Below, in pieces: positions 9,311 to 19,146 of a stretch of 39,021 nt of DNA. The notes under the pieces are model-generated. The model was not told the DNA's origin and did not search any database. It saw only the letters and a list, made by a program, of their open reading frames with translations. A program made the translations under genes and the position numbers. The stretch is from NCBI GenBank assembly GCA_013331265.1, contig DUGS01000159.1, forward strand, positions 27,988 through 67,008, given 5' to 3'. Position 1 is the stretch's first letter, and the number at the start of each line of letters is the position of its first letter. Source of the DNA: Methanosarcina sp. Its GTDB lineage: Archaea > Halobacteriota > Methanosarcinia > Methanosarcinales > Methanosarcinaceae.

Positions 9311-10837
9311 GTGGCAGTACACTCTCTTGTAGGGCTTCCGACCACCATCCGCAGTTCAAAGAGAAAAGGGCTCCGCCTGGAAAATGGAAAAATAATTGAC
9401 AGGGACTATACAGGACCGGTACTCGAAGAGGTGCTCAGGACCGGAACGACTGTACATAGCATCCCAAAGGAAGGTACTTACCTTGGCAGGAATGTGGTTG
9501 TTTGTCCTATATTCTCAGAGGACGGGAAAGTTATTGCGGCTATAGGAATTGTGGATCTCATATCCCTCCTTGAGATGCAGGAAATAATCAGGACTGTGGT
9601 AAACAACAGCCCAGCAGTTGTTTTTCTGTGGAGGAACGAAAAGAAATGGCCTTCGGAGTTTGTTTCGGAAAATGTTGTCCAGTTTGGGTATACGGTTGAG
9701 GACTTTATTTCCGGCAATTTCCTTTATGGGGATATTATCCACCCTGATGACCTGAAAATGGTAGAAGAAGCGCTTGAAAAACGTATCCGGAGAGGGGAAG
9801 TCGACTTTAGTATGGAGTATAGAATACTCACAAAAGCCGGAGACCTGCGCTGGGTAAACGAAAGGACGTTCATCCAGAGAAATGAAGAAGGAGAAATAAC
9901 TTACTTACAGGGGCTTGTCCTCGATGTAACCGAAAGGAGAGAGAAAGAAGAAGCCCTGAGGGAATCTTTTGAAATGCAGAGGCTTCTGAGGACTATAATA
10001 AATAACAGCCAGGCAGTAGCTTTTCTGTGGGAATATAAAGAAAACCTGCCTGCAGAATATGTTTCGGAGAATGTTACCCAGTTAGGGTATACCGTAGAAG
10101 ATTTCACGTCAGGAAAAGTGATGTACGGGAATATAATTCACGGAGATGATATAGGCAGAGTTAAAGAAACCCTTGAACGCAACATCGCAGAGGGCAGGGA
10201 CTCTTTCGGGATTGAGTACAGGATTTTCACAGGAGACGGAAAAATGTTCTGGGTGGCTGAGAGAGTGTTTATCCAGAGGGATGAGGAAGGCAAAGCAACT
10301 CACCATCAGGGCCTCGTCATAGATATTACCGAAAGAAAAGAAGCCCAGAAAATGCTTGAAATCCAGCGGGAACTGGGAGAAAAGCTTAATATCACCTGGA
10401 ATCTCCATGCCATTCTTAATATGATACTTGATGCATGCCTGCAGATAAACGGAATAGACGCCGGAAATATGTATATCAAGGACGAACTTCTGGACCAGAT
10501 AAACCTTGTTGAATCCCGCGGGATCTCCCCTGAATTCAAAGAAAAGGTCTCAAGATATAAGGCAGATTCAAAAGAAGCAAAACAAATATGGGCTGAAAAA
10601 CCTATCTACTCACTCGATTTTTACTCAAAAAACACAGCTGAAGCAGCAAGGAAAGAAGGAATTACAGCAGTTGCAATAATCCCTCTAAAGTACAGTAATG
10701 AAATCATAGGCAGCCTGAATTTTGCCTCCCATACACTGGACAGGATCCCCTGGAATATCCGCAACTTCCTTGAAAGCACCGCCCTGCAGGTAGTAAGCCA
10801 CATAGCTCCGGTCTGTATCCAGGCAGACCTATCTTAA
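9311..10837 (+). CDS. DUF2111-PAS-PAS-GAF sensor protein without output domain; true start uncertain
   Basis: N-terminal AVHSLVGLPTTIRS...YTGPVLEEV...G.Y.G..VVV.PI; two PAS/PAC repeats (IHPDD, EYRI, RWV.ER, DVTER/DITER); C-terminal GAF-like region. Coding-like sequence continues upstream to 9269. Confidence 0.8.
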   Translation: MAVHSLVGLPTTIRSSKRKGLRLENGKIIDRDYTGPVLEEVLRTGTTVHSIPKEGTYLGRNVVVCPIFSEDGKVIAAIGIVDLISLLEMQEIIRTVVNNSPAVVFLWRNEKKWPSEFVSENVVQFGYTVEDFISGNFLYGDIIHPDDLKMVEEALEKRIRRGEVDFSMEYRILTKAGDLRWVNERTFIQRNEEGEITYLQGLVLDVTERREKEEALRESFEMQRLLRTIINNSQAVAFLWEYKENLPAEYVSENVTQLGYTVEDFTSGKVMYGNIIHGDDIGRVKETLERNIAEGRDSFGIEYRIFTGDGKMFWVAERVFIQRDEEGKATHHQGLVIDITERKEAQKMLEIQRELGEKLNITWNLHAILNMILDACLQINGIDAGNMYIKDELLDQINLVESRGISPEFKEKVSRYKADSKEAKQIWAEKPIYSLDFYSKNTAEAARKEGITAVAIIPLKYSNEIIGSLNFASHTLDRIPWNIRNFLESTALQVVSHIAPVCIQADLS

Positions 10838-10972
10838 AAAATTCGAAGCCTGAAGGTCGCCGGTCTTCTGCTCTACTTCTTGAACCTGGAGTAGCAGTAA
10901 AAGATGAAAAACAGCAGTCCAGGGCTTGAAAGTTAAGAAAAAAGCAGTTTGGTGGTTCACAGGGACCCTGTG

Positions 10973-11230
10973 TCAATGAAGTATATTACGGGATCAGCTT
11001 TCAGACTGTCCTGAATTTACTCCATTTACATTACGCGCCAATGAAGTAGAGATTTCGGAATCAATTCTTACTCTGTCCTGAATTTGCTCCATTTTACAGC
11101 TTATGAGTCAATGAAGTATATTTCGGGACCGGTTTTCAAGCCGTCCTGAGCTTGCTCCATTTAAGCCTACGCGTCAATGAAGTTTTCGGGATCAGTTTTC
11201 AGGCTGTCCTGAATTTGCTCCATTTTACAG
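10973..11230. repeat. Four-copy degenerate tandem repeat, ~65-70 bp unit
   Basis: Units start at 10973, 11038, 11108 and 11174: (t/c)caatgaagt...cgg.a.c....tc....gtcctga.ttt.ctccattt. Confidence 0.9.
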
Positions 11231-11362
11231 TACTTCCCTTATGAACCAATTAATACTATATAAGTTATAATATAAAATTCTGACGATAGAATTGAAAGTT
11301 ATTTCACCGGTTAATAGGTTTAAGAATCGAGTGCCTTTGTTCACCTGTAGAAACGCTTTCAT

Positions 11363-12616
11363 TTACCTGCCGGCTTCCCGGATACTTATCAGGATTTCTT
11401 TTACCCCGGGTCTTTTTCCATACATGAGCAGATAAACCCTGAATAACCGGCTTGAAATTACAATTACTGCGTGAACAGAAACAAAGAGGATGAAGAGGCT
11501 AGCTGCAATCTGGTAAAAAGGCACTTCCGAAACTCCTATCCTGAATAGCATTGATGCTGGAGACGTAAAAGGGAAAAGGGAAAGAAAAATTGCAAGCGGA
11601 CTGTCGGGCTTCGTAAGGATTAACTGCATGAAACCAAGAGGAAACGCAGCAGCAAATGTAAAGATTCCCGCAACCTGCTGGCTCTCCTGAAGGGAACCTG
11701 TTACTGCCCCAATACCTGCCATCATGCTGGCAAAGAGGAGAAAACCTAACAGGAAGTAGGTAAGGGCTAGAAAAAGAAGCATGGGCTCTATCTTTACCGG
11801 AAAGGCATACCTACTCCCGAGAACAATTACTGAAAGCCAGATGACAACCTGCAGAAGGCCTACTGCACCGAGCCCGATTATTTTACCGGAAAGAAGCTCA
11901 ATAGGGGCTGCAGAAGAGAGAAGAACTTCCATAATTCTGTTTTCCTTCTCTTCAGCAAGTCCGCGGAGAAGATAGCCTGATGCCGAAAAAATGCTGAAAA
12001 AGAGTATAAAGGCAGTAATGAAAGGCAGACCAAAGTTAGACAGGACCTCAGCTATGCCCTGTTCTGAAGATTCTCCATTATCCCCAATGTTATACAATTT
12101 CAGGTTAATTGGATTTTTAACCCTCTGGAGGACGGGTTCATCAACACGGTCTTTCAGGAGAGAATCAATTGCGATATTTGAAAGTTCAGCTGAGAGTTCA
12201 CCCCCTGGGACCGACATTTCCTTTTCGAAGGCATAAAGTTCAATCACACCGGTCTCAAGGAAATCTGCAGGGACTATAAGATAGGAAGAAATCTGCCCTG
12301 ACTGCAAGGCTTCCCTGGCTTCAGAGCTCTCTTCATACTTCACAAACTCTATAGTTGAAGGATTCGCCTCAAGTGACCCTACAGAAAAACCTTCACGTGT
12401 TGAGGATGACGGGAAATCGAAGGACCCGGTCATGTCAATGTAGCCTACCCTCTGGTCTTCAGCAGAAGCGGTACTGGCAAGCAGAGAGGGAATAATAGCG
12501 ACTCCTGCAATGAGAAGAGGAAACGCGAAGGTCATGAAGATAAACTCTTTGCGCCTGATGGTTTTCAGGAACTCGTGCCTGGCAACAATAGATGTTTTTC
12601 CAAAAAATTTACTCAC
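11363..12616 (-). CDS. ABC-2 type (NatB/YhgE-like) exporter permease
   Basis: ARHEF N-terminus, large extracellular loop, EEKENRIMEVLLSS, GKIIG, PFTSP; GTG at 12616 overlaps the ATPase stop codon. Confidence 0.88.
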   Translation of the reverse strand: MSKFFGKTSIVARHEFLKTIRRKEFIFMTFAFPLLIAGVAIIPSLLASTASAEDQRVGYIDMTGSFDFPSSSTREGFSVGSLEANPSTIEFVKYEESSEAREALQSGQISSYLIVPADFLETGVIELYAFEKEMSVPGGELSAELSNIAIDSLLKDRVDEPVLQRVKNPINLKLYNIGDNGESSEQGIAEVLSNFGLPFITAFILFFSIFSASGYLLRGLAEEKENRIMEVLLSSAAPIELLSGKIIGLGAVGLLQVVIWLSVIVLGSRYAFPVKIEPMLLFLALTYFLLGFLLFASMMAGIGAVTGSLQESQQVAGIFTFAAAFPLGFMQLILTKPDSPLAIFLSLFPFTSPASMLFRIGVSEVPFYQIAASLFILFVSVHAVIVISSRLFRVYLLMYGKRPGVKEILISIREAGR

Positions 12617-13520
12617 CAGAAGCACCCTCCACAGTCTCGATAAAAATATCATTCAGGGAAGGAAACATCTGCTCAAAACGCAGGATTTCAGCTCTTCTTG
12701 TGAGCTCCTGAAGAACCGAATGTGCACTTATTCCTTCTTCAGGAAAGACCTCAACTGACCCCTCATGCTCTGTAATTTTTCTGATGCCTGGAATTTCTCG
12801 AATGGTGCTCAAACTCCCTTTATCTGCAAACTCCACAAGCAGGGAGTTTTTGCCGTGTTCCTTTCTTATCCCTGCAACTGTACCGTAAAGCACTCGCTGA
12901 CCTTTATTGATCATAAGGATCCTGTCGCATAGTTTTTGCGCCTGCTCCATCATATGTGTGGAGAGGATGACGGTCCTGCCTTCATTCCTGTACTCGATAA
13001 TTTTGGCTTTAACAGTTTTTGTGCTCACAGGGTCAAGCCCGGAAAAAGGCTCGTCAAGAATAATAAGTTCAGGGCCGTGGATAATTGAAGAAAGGAACTG
13101 AACTTTTTGCTGCATCCCCTTTGAGAGTTCTTCTACTCTTTTTCCCCTGTGTTCATAAAGTTCCAGGGACTTTAAAAGTGCCTCTGCATTCTCCTTAGCC
13201 TCTTTTTTAGGGACATTTTTAAGCTGGGCGAGGTAGATAAGCATATCCAGAAGTTTCGTTTTTCTGTACAGCCCCCGCTCTTCAGGCAGGTAGCCAAGCC
13301 TATCTTTTGAAACAGGAGTAAGAGGACCCCCAAGGACCCGGATCTCTCCTGAGTCCGGCTTTATAATGTCAAGAAGCAGCCTTATTAGAGTGGTCTTTCC
13401 AGCCCCGTTTGGTCCTAGCAGCCCAAAGATTTCGCCCTTTTCTACTGAAAAGGAGATATCTCGGATAACGTTTTTTTCTGCGAAAGACTTTGATACGCCT
13501 TCAAATTCCAGAGCATGCAT
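12609..13520 (-). CDS. ABC transporter ATP-binding protein (NatA-like)
   Basis: Walker A GPNGAGKTT, signature LSKGMQQK, Walker B ILDEPFSGLD, STH. Confidence 0.95.
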   Translation of the reverse strand: MHALEFEGVSKSFAEKNVIRDISFSVEKGEIFGLLGPNGAGKTTLIRLLLDIIKPDSGEIRVLGGPLTPVSKDRLGYLPEERGLYRKTKLLDMLIYLAQLKNVPKKEAKENAEALLKSLELYEHRGKRVEELSKGMQQKVQFLSSIIHGPELIILDEPFSGLDPVSTKTVKAKIIEYRNEGRTVILSTHMMEQAQKLCDRILMINKGQRVLYGTVAGIRKEHGKNSLLVEFADKGSLSTIREIPGIRKITEHEGSVEVFPEEGISAHSVLQELTRRAEILRFEQMFPSLNDIFIETVEGASGE

Positions 13521-13564
13521 CCAGAGGAGATATATTCCAAAATAGAAAAAGTTTATTGAGTGTT

Positions 13565-13623
13565 TAATTTAAGTTAATAAGCGCTCTAATTTAAGTTAAT
13601 AAGCGCTCTAATTGAGTTAATAA
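13565..13623. repeat. 22-bp tandem repeat (about 2.7 copies) in a divergent promoter region
   Basis: taatttaagttaataagcgctc twice, then taattgagttaataa. Confidence 0.85.
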
Positions 13624-13654
13624 ATGATTTTAATTTGGGGGAACAGGTGACAAT

Positions 13655-14326
13655 ATGCTACCCAGACTGGTTATACACAACAGCATAAGTCTTGATGGCT
13701 CGACTACAGGTTTTACGGCAAACCTTGATGTCCACTATGGAATCCTGGGCAGTTACGAGCCCGATGCTATGATAGTCGGCTCAAATACCGCAAAGACGGG
13801 GACACAGTTTTTTTGCCAGAAAATCCCTCCGGAAGAGGAAGCTGATTTCAAGAAACCTGAAATCCGGCCCGAAGACAAAAGGGCGTACTGGATGATTGCG
13901 GATTCAAGGGGAATTCTCGAAGGGCTCATGCACGTATTCAGGCGTTCCGAATACAGTAAGGACGTGATCGTCCTTGTCTCGGAGAAAACTCCTGAACCTT
14001 ACCTAAACTACCTCAAAGAAAGAAACTATGATTATATCCAGACAGGAGCAGAACGCGTTGATATCAGGAAAGCCCTTGAAGTTGCAAGTGAACGGTACGG
14101 TTTTAAACTTGTGGTCTCGGACAGTGGAGGAATACTGAACAGTATTTTACTCGAACAGGGACTTGCCGATGAAATCAGCCTGGTTCTGACTCCGGAGATT
14201 GTGGGGAAAAACGGGACAAACCTTTTCAGGGGCATTGAGAAAAGCGGGATTCAGCTAGAACTTGTAAGAAACGAAATTGTGGAAAAGAAATATGTTCATC
14301 TGGTTTACAGGGTTTTAAAAGAGTAA
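13655..14326 (+). CDS. RibD C-terminal domain / dihydrofolate reductase-like protein
   Basis: SISLDG, AMIVGSNT, DSRG, SGGILNS.LLEQGLADEI...PEIVG. Confidence 0.85.
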   Translation: MLPRLVIHNSISLDGSTTGFTANLDVHYGILGSYEPDAMIVGSNTAKTGTQFFCQKIPPEEEADFKKPEIRPEDKRAYWMIADSRGILEGLMHVFRRSEYSKDVIVLVSEKTPEPYLNYLKERNYDYIQTGAERVDIRKALEVASERYGFKLVVSDSGGILNSILLEQGLADEISLVLTPEIVGKNGTNLFRGIEKSGIQLELVRNEIVEKKYVHLVYRVLKE

Positions 14327-14522
14327 ACAGGAGCAGGAAAAACAGAAATAAATCCCTGAGATCTGTAAACCCGAGATCTAAAAATATACTTAGGGAAGTG
14401 AAACTCAGGAGACTTAAATAGAGGCAAACTCAGGGAAATTAACATGAGAACTACTCCTTCCTGCCTCTTATGCTCCGAAGGAGAGAGCTGATATGGCTAT
14501 TATCTATCTCTCAAATCTATCC

Positions 14523-14885
14523 TCAACTGAGCCTTACCGGACTTGCGGGGATCTCATCCTTCTCAACCACGACCGCCGTGCCATACGCGAGCAACTCAGT
14601 CATTGTCTGACCGATCTCTGAAGAATCGAACTCTACGCTTACTACCGCGTTGGCCCCGAGGGTTTTTGCATGTTCCTTTAATCGGTCAAGTGCCTGTTCG
14701 CGAGACAAGTTCAGGAGTTCCGTGTACTCGTGGATCTCCCCGCCGACAATTGACCGGAGGCCAGCAGTTATGTTTCGCCCGAGCCCACGGCTCCGCACGA
14801 TTAAGCCCCACGTAAATCCAATGGTCTTTGTGATTTTATAACCTGGTAAGTACGGTGTACTGACAATAATGATGTCATTAGTCAT
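14523..14885 (-). CDS. YbjQ/UPF0145 family protein
   Basis: AGLRSIVGGEI.EYTELL..SREQAL.RL...A..LGANAVV...ELLAYGTAV. Confidence 0.92.
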   Translation of the reverse strand: MTNDIIIVSTPYLPGYKITKTIGFTWGLIVRSRGLGRNITAGLRSIVGGEIHEYTELLNLSREQALDRLKEHAKTLGANAVVSVEFDSSEIGQTMTELLAYGTAVVVEKDEIPASPVRLS

Positions 14886-15584
14886 GGTATCCCCAATATA
14901 TTAGTTAAATTAGAATTTCTACAAAGACATTATTCAACTCTTCAATTAAGAAACTATCCAAAACTTCTACAACATGCAATTATTGGCTTTTCGGATAGGC
15001 TCTAAGTGATCAACTTGAAAGTAGACGAGAAAATGGATGACGAGATATCATCCGGAAATTTTTTGAGTTTACATTAGTTTTTTTATAATGTAAGTGTTTA
15101 CAAATAGCAATTTTAAAAGTCAACTATAATATTAATGTTAAACCATTATAAATAATAGGATTTCAGTTCCCAGGCTAAGATATGACATAATAAGACATTT
15201 TCTCCTTGTAAACGAAAAACGTAGCCTGCTTATTGCTTCTATTCAGCTATACTGACTTTATTTTCAGGGCTTTATGATCTTTTTCCAGAAAAATATATAT
15301 CACGAATAATAATTATTAATCCGTGCAATAAACTTTATAATGTAAACCTATATAATATTAGAGAGTATTAGGCAAAAAACGTTTCCGGGGAAAGCAGCCC
15401 CCGGATGAAATTTACGGTGGAATGTCAATACGAATTACATAACTAACCCTATTAGCTCATACGCAGAGGACAGTTTCAAAAGTCTCTCTTTAAGCGGGAT
15501 AAGAGCTGGAAAGCCAGAACTCTTTACCTGGACTGAAAAACTGTTTTCAGCTTTTCTTTTAGCTGTCAGACCAGGGTTTGAGGA

Positions 15585-17525
15585 GTGAATATATTGCTCG
15601 AAGCCTTAATGTATGGTGCAATTGCTACCCTTTTATCCGGAACTGTCCTCCCTCTCCTGTACCGCAGTAAAAACATAAGGAAGACTTCTTTTGGCCTTTC
15701 TCTTCTCTCATCAATCCTGCTTATCGGCTTTGCGGGCATAATTCTCTACACCGGAAAAGAGCCTGTTTTCCCAGTAATAGGATTTCTTCCGGGCCTGGAC
15801 TTTACCCTGAGTGCAGACAGACTTGCAGCCGGGTTTATCCTGTTAATCGCAGTAGTAGTGCCCGGAGTTTCAATATATTCAATAGAATATGTTGAACATG
15901 CTAAGAGCGAAGCCCGGAAAAGCCTTCAGACAGCCCTGACAAATCTGTTTGTTCTTTCCATGCTGATGGTCGTACTTGCAGGCAATATGGTAGTCTTCCT
16001 GATTTTCTGGGAAATAATGTCCATTTCTTCTCTCCTGCTTGTGATGCACGACTATTCTTCAGAGAAGAATAAAAAAGCCGGCTTTTTTTACTTTGTAATG
16101 ACAAATATAAGTACGGCTTTTCTTTTCGTGGGCTTCATAAGCCTCTTCAGACTTACAGGCTCTCCCGATTTCGGGCAGCTTGAATACCCTGCAGCAGACC
16201 TGGCTCTTCCCTTCCTCTTTCTGTTTATTGGCTTTGGGGTTAAGGCAGGACTTGTTCCTTTCCACAAGTGGTTGCCGTATGCTCACCCTGCAGCACCGTC
16301 AAGTGCCTCGGCTCTGATGTCAGGAGTCATGCTTAAGGTTGCAGTTTACGGTTTCCTGCGTTTTCTTCTCTCTGTCTCCGCACCTGAACTCTGGTGGGGA
16401 GTGCTCATCCTTACAGCTGGCACCCTTTCAGCCCTTTTCGGGGTAATCTATGCCCTTAAAGAAAACGACATAAAAAGGCTTCTTGCTTACAGCAGCGTTG
16501 AAAATATAGGGATCATTTTCACGGGAATAGGACTGTATGCCATATTCAAAGTTGAAGGACTGGAATCACTTGCTCTGTTAAGTCTTACAGGGGCCTGCTT
16601 CCACGCCTTTAACCATGCCCTCTTCAAAAGCCTGCTCTTCCTCTGTGCAGGCTCGGTGGTCCATGCTACAGGCACAAGAAAAATCGAAGCCTTTGGAGGG
16701 CTTGTAAAAAAAATGCCTGTAACCTCAGCCCTTTTCATGATAGGCTCGGTTTCCATTGCATCCCTTCCGCCAACAAATGGTTTTGCTGGGGAGCTCCTGC
16801 TCTACCAGGCATTCTTCCAGTCCTTTGCCGTTACAGACCCCCTGATCACCGTATTTCTGATAATTGCCCTCTCAAGCTTTGCCTTAACAGGAGCACTGGC
16901 AGCTGCCCTTTTCGTAAAACTCTTCGGAATAACCTGCCTTGCCATCCCGCGTTCGGAAAAGAGCCGCCTTGCTGAAGAAGTCCAGAAACCCATGCTTATA
17001 GGACCCGCAGTGCCTGCAGCCCTGTGTATATTTGGAGGGCTCTTTTCAAAGCAGCTCCTTTCTCTTGCAGGCCTGGAGATTGAGTTTCCGGACCTGCTTT
17101 TGCTGGGGATTCTTCTCGGATTAATATACACAGCCCTTTTCATGATAATCCGCTCGAAGGAAACAGGACCCGCCAGGATTAGCGAAACATGGGGATGCGG
17201 TATTCCGACTCTTACACCTTATATGGAATACAGCTCTGCAGGCTTTTCCGAACCTCTTGTGATGATCTTCAAAAGCGTTTACAGGACAAAGATTTTGAAC
17301 AGAACTGAGTACTTCGACGACCAGGAAAGCCTCTTTAAGAACGGGAAAGTGGAAATCCGCCTGCTTCGATTCTTTGAAGAATACCTTTATACCCCCCCTG
17401 CCAGGGCGATTGACATTTTTTCAAAATATGTTTCAAAGCTGCAGAACGGAAAACTTGACAGTTATGTCCTTTACGCCTTTCTCGCAGTCATTGTATTAAT
17501 AATAGCAACCGGAGGCTTTATATGA
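15585..17525 (+). CDS. hyfB: HyfB-like (Ehr) antiporter-type membrane subunit, NuoL/MrpA family
   Basis: FWEIMS, KAGLVPFHKWLP.AHPAAPS, AYSSVENIG, NHALFKSLLF, TWGCG. TTG at 15594 after GAGGAG is an alternative start. Confidence 0.88.
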   Translation: MNILLEALMYGAIATLLSGTVLPLLYRSKNIRKTSFGLSLLSSILLIGFAGIILYTGKEPVFPVIGFLPGLDFTLSADRLAAGFILLIAVVVPGVSIYSIEYVEHAKSEARKSLQTALTNLFVLSMLMVVLAGNMVVFLIFWEIMSISSLLLVMHDYSSEKNKKAGFFYFVMTNISTAFLFVGFISLFRLTGSPDFGQLEYPAADLALPFLFLFIGFGVKAGLVPFHKWLPYAHPAAPSSASALMSGVMLKVAVYGFLRFLLSVSAPELWWGVLILTAGTLSALFGVIYALKENDIKRLLAYSSVENIGIIFTGIGLYAIFKVEGLESLALLSLTGACFHAFNHALFKSLLFLCAGSVVHATGTRKIEAFGGLVKKMPVTSALFMIGSVSIASLPPTNGFAGELLLYQAFFQSFAVTDPLITVFLIIALSSFALTGALAAALFVKLFGITCLAIPRSEKSRLAEEVQKPMLIGPAVPAALCIFGGLFSKQLLSLAGLEIEFPDLLLLGILLGLIYTALFMIIRSKETGPARISETWGCGIPTLTPYMEYSSAGFSEPLVMIFKSVYRTKILNRTEYFDDQESLFKNGKVEIRLLRFFEEYLYTPPARAIDIFSKYVSKLQNGKLDSYVLYAFLAVIVLIIATGGFI

Positions 17526-18463
17526 ACACCTCATTCCTGCTCTTTGCCCTCTTAAACCCCCTCTTTGCCCTGCTGGCAGCCCCTCTATACATGTCTCTGA
17601 TCCGGAAGGTGAAGGCATACGCCCAGGGAAGAAAGGGCCCGAGGCTCTTTCAGGTTTATTACGATTTAAAAAAACTCATGAAAAAAGAAGCAGTTTATTC
17701 CCCGACTTCTTCATGGGTTATGCGGTTTACTCCGTACCTGAACCTTTCAACTCTGCTCGTCTGCTCGCTTTTCGTACCCCTGGTCTTTGTCCCAGAACCG
17801 GCTGGGGGGCTCGGGAACATTATTGTCTTCCTGTACCTTCTGGCACTTGAGAGGTTCTTTACCGCCCTTGGCGGACTTGACGCAGGAAGTGCCTTCGGAG
17901 GCATGGGCAGTTCAAGGTCTATGAGCCTTGCGGCTGTGATCGAACCCACAATGGTAATTTCTTTTGCAGCTCTTGCATTTGTCCTGAAAAGCCTGAACCT
18001 GCACCAGATGTTCGCGCTTACCGCAGGCAAGATTCTTCCCATCAGCCCGACACTTGTCCTTGTATCAATCTCTCTCTTCATCATCCTCATAGTGGAGACA
18101 GGAAGGCTGCCTGTGGATAACCCGGCAACTCACCTTGAACTTACTATGATAAACGAGGCAATGATCCTTGAACAGGCAGGAAAGAACCTTGCCCTGCTCG
18201 AACTTGCCCATGCTCTTAAACAATTTCTGCTGATGGGGATATTGATTAACACAATCCTTCCAGTAGGGCTCAGTACTGAGATAGATGCCGGAAAAATTGC
18301 GGTTTCAGCCTTTCTTTTCCTTCTGAAGGCAGGGTTGCTTGCAATAATAATAGGGCTCTTTGAATCAGCCTTTGCAAAGATGAGGCTATTCAGGCTTCCT
18401 GCATTTTATGTCATGGCATTTTTCTTTTCAGCCACTACAATCCTTATAGAGGTGTTTGCATGA
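17522..18463 (+). CDS. hyfC: HyfC/HycD-like (NuoH family) membrane subunit
   Basis: RKVKA..QGRKGP...Q.YYDL.KL, GGMGSSR, ETGRLPVDNPATHLELTM; ATGA overlap with the upstream gene. Confidence 0.9.
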   Translation: MNTSFLLFALLNPLFALLAAPLYMSLIRKVKAYAQGRKGPRLFQVYYDLKKLMKKEAVYSPTSSWVMRFTPYLNLSTLLVCSLFVPLVFVPEPAGGLGNIIVFLYLLALERFFTALGGLDAGSAFGGMGSSRSMSLAAVIEPTMVISFAALAFVLKSLNLHQMFALTAGKILPISPTLVLVSISLFIILIVETGRLPVDNPATHLELTMINEAMILEQAGKNLALLELAHALKQFLLMGILINTILPVGLSTEIDAGKIAVSAFLFLLKAGLLAIIIGLFESAFAKMRLFRLPAFYVMAFFFSATTILIEVFA

Positions 18464-19146
18464 TTGACCCGCTCTTCCTTGAAGGCATAATAAAGATCCT
18501 TTTCGTCTTTGTCCTTATCAGTGCAGGGCTGATCATCTCAACCCGCAACCTGAGTTCAATACTGACCTCATACACAATCCAGTCTTTCCTGCTGGCTGCA
18601 GTCTCATTCCTTCTCTACCTGATAGACGGAAAAAGCCAGCTTCTGCTGCTTGCAGGCCTGACTCTGGGAAGCAAAGTAATCCTGATCCCTTACTTTATTT
18701 CCAGGATAGAAGAGAAAATCAGAATTGGGAGAGATATCCACTTTACATATCTGGAGCCGACGACCTCTCTTATGCTGAGTATAGGCCTTATAATCCTCTC
18801 CTACTCCTCTCTTTCAAAAATTTTCGAAGGACTCCCCCTCTCGAAACTTTTCTTCTTCGGAGCTGTGATAGGGCTTTCCCTTACCCTGATGGGCATGCTT
18901 GTGGTGTTCAGCAGAAAAAGAGTCATAACAAAAGCGCTTGGCTACCTCAGCATGGAAAACGGGGTCCTGATGTTCGGCCTTTTTGTAACCGAGCTTCCGT
19001 TCATTATAGAAGTCCTGATTGTAATCGACCTTATTATTCTGGTCATACTGACCACAATCCTGGCCGTAGGAATGGATTCCAGCATTGAAGAGTACCGGGA
19101 GAAGGTCCGGAAATTGCAGATCTGGACAGGAGGTGAATTCCGGTGA
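18460..19146 (+). CDS. hyfE: HyfE-like membrane subunit
   Basis: Hydrophobic 228 aa; Y.IQS, KVILIP, GYLSMENG, ELPFIIE; position in the operon. Confidence 0.85.
   Translation: MIDPLFLEGIIKILFVFVLISAGLIISTRNLSSILTSYTIQSFLLAAVSFLLYLIDGKSQLLLLAGLTLGSKVILIPYFISRIEEKIRIGRDIHFTYLEPTTSLMLSIGLIILSYSSLSKIFEGLPLSKLFFFGAVIGLSLTLMGMLVVFSRKRVITKALGYLSMENGVLMFGLFVTELPFIIEVLIVIDLIILVILTTILAVGMDSSIEEYREKVRKLQIWTGGEFR

Noticed and set aside
10973-11230. CRISPR array (unit length ~65-70 bp)
   Set aside because: Similarity spans the whole unit, there are no unique spacers, the copies are degenerate and no cas genes are present.
14900-15585. Fluoride (crcB) riboswitch upstream of hyf-like genes
   Set aside because: The consensus elements were not found by eye.
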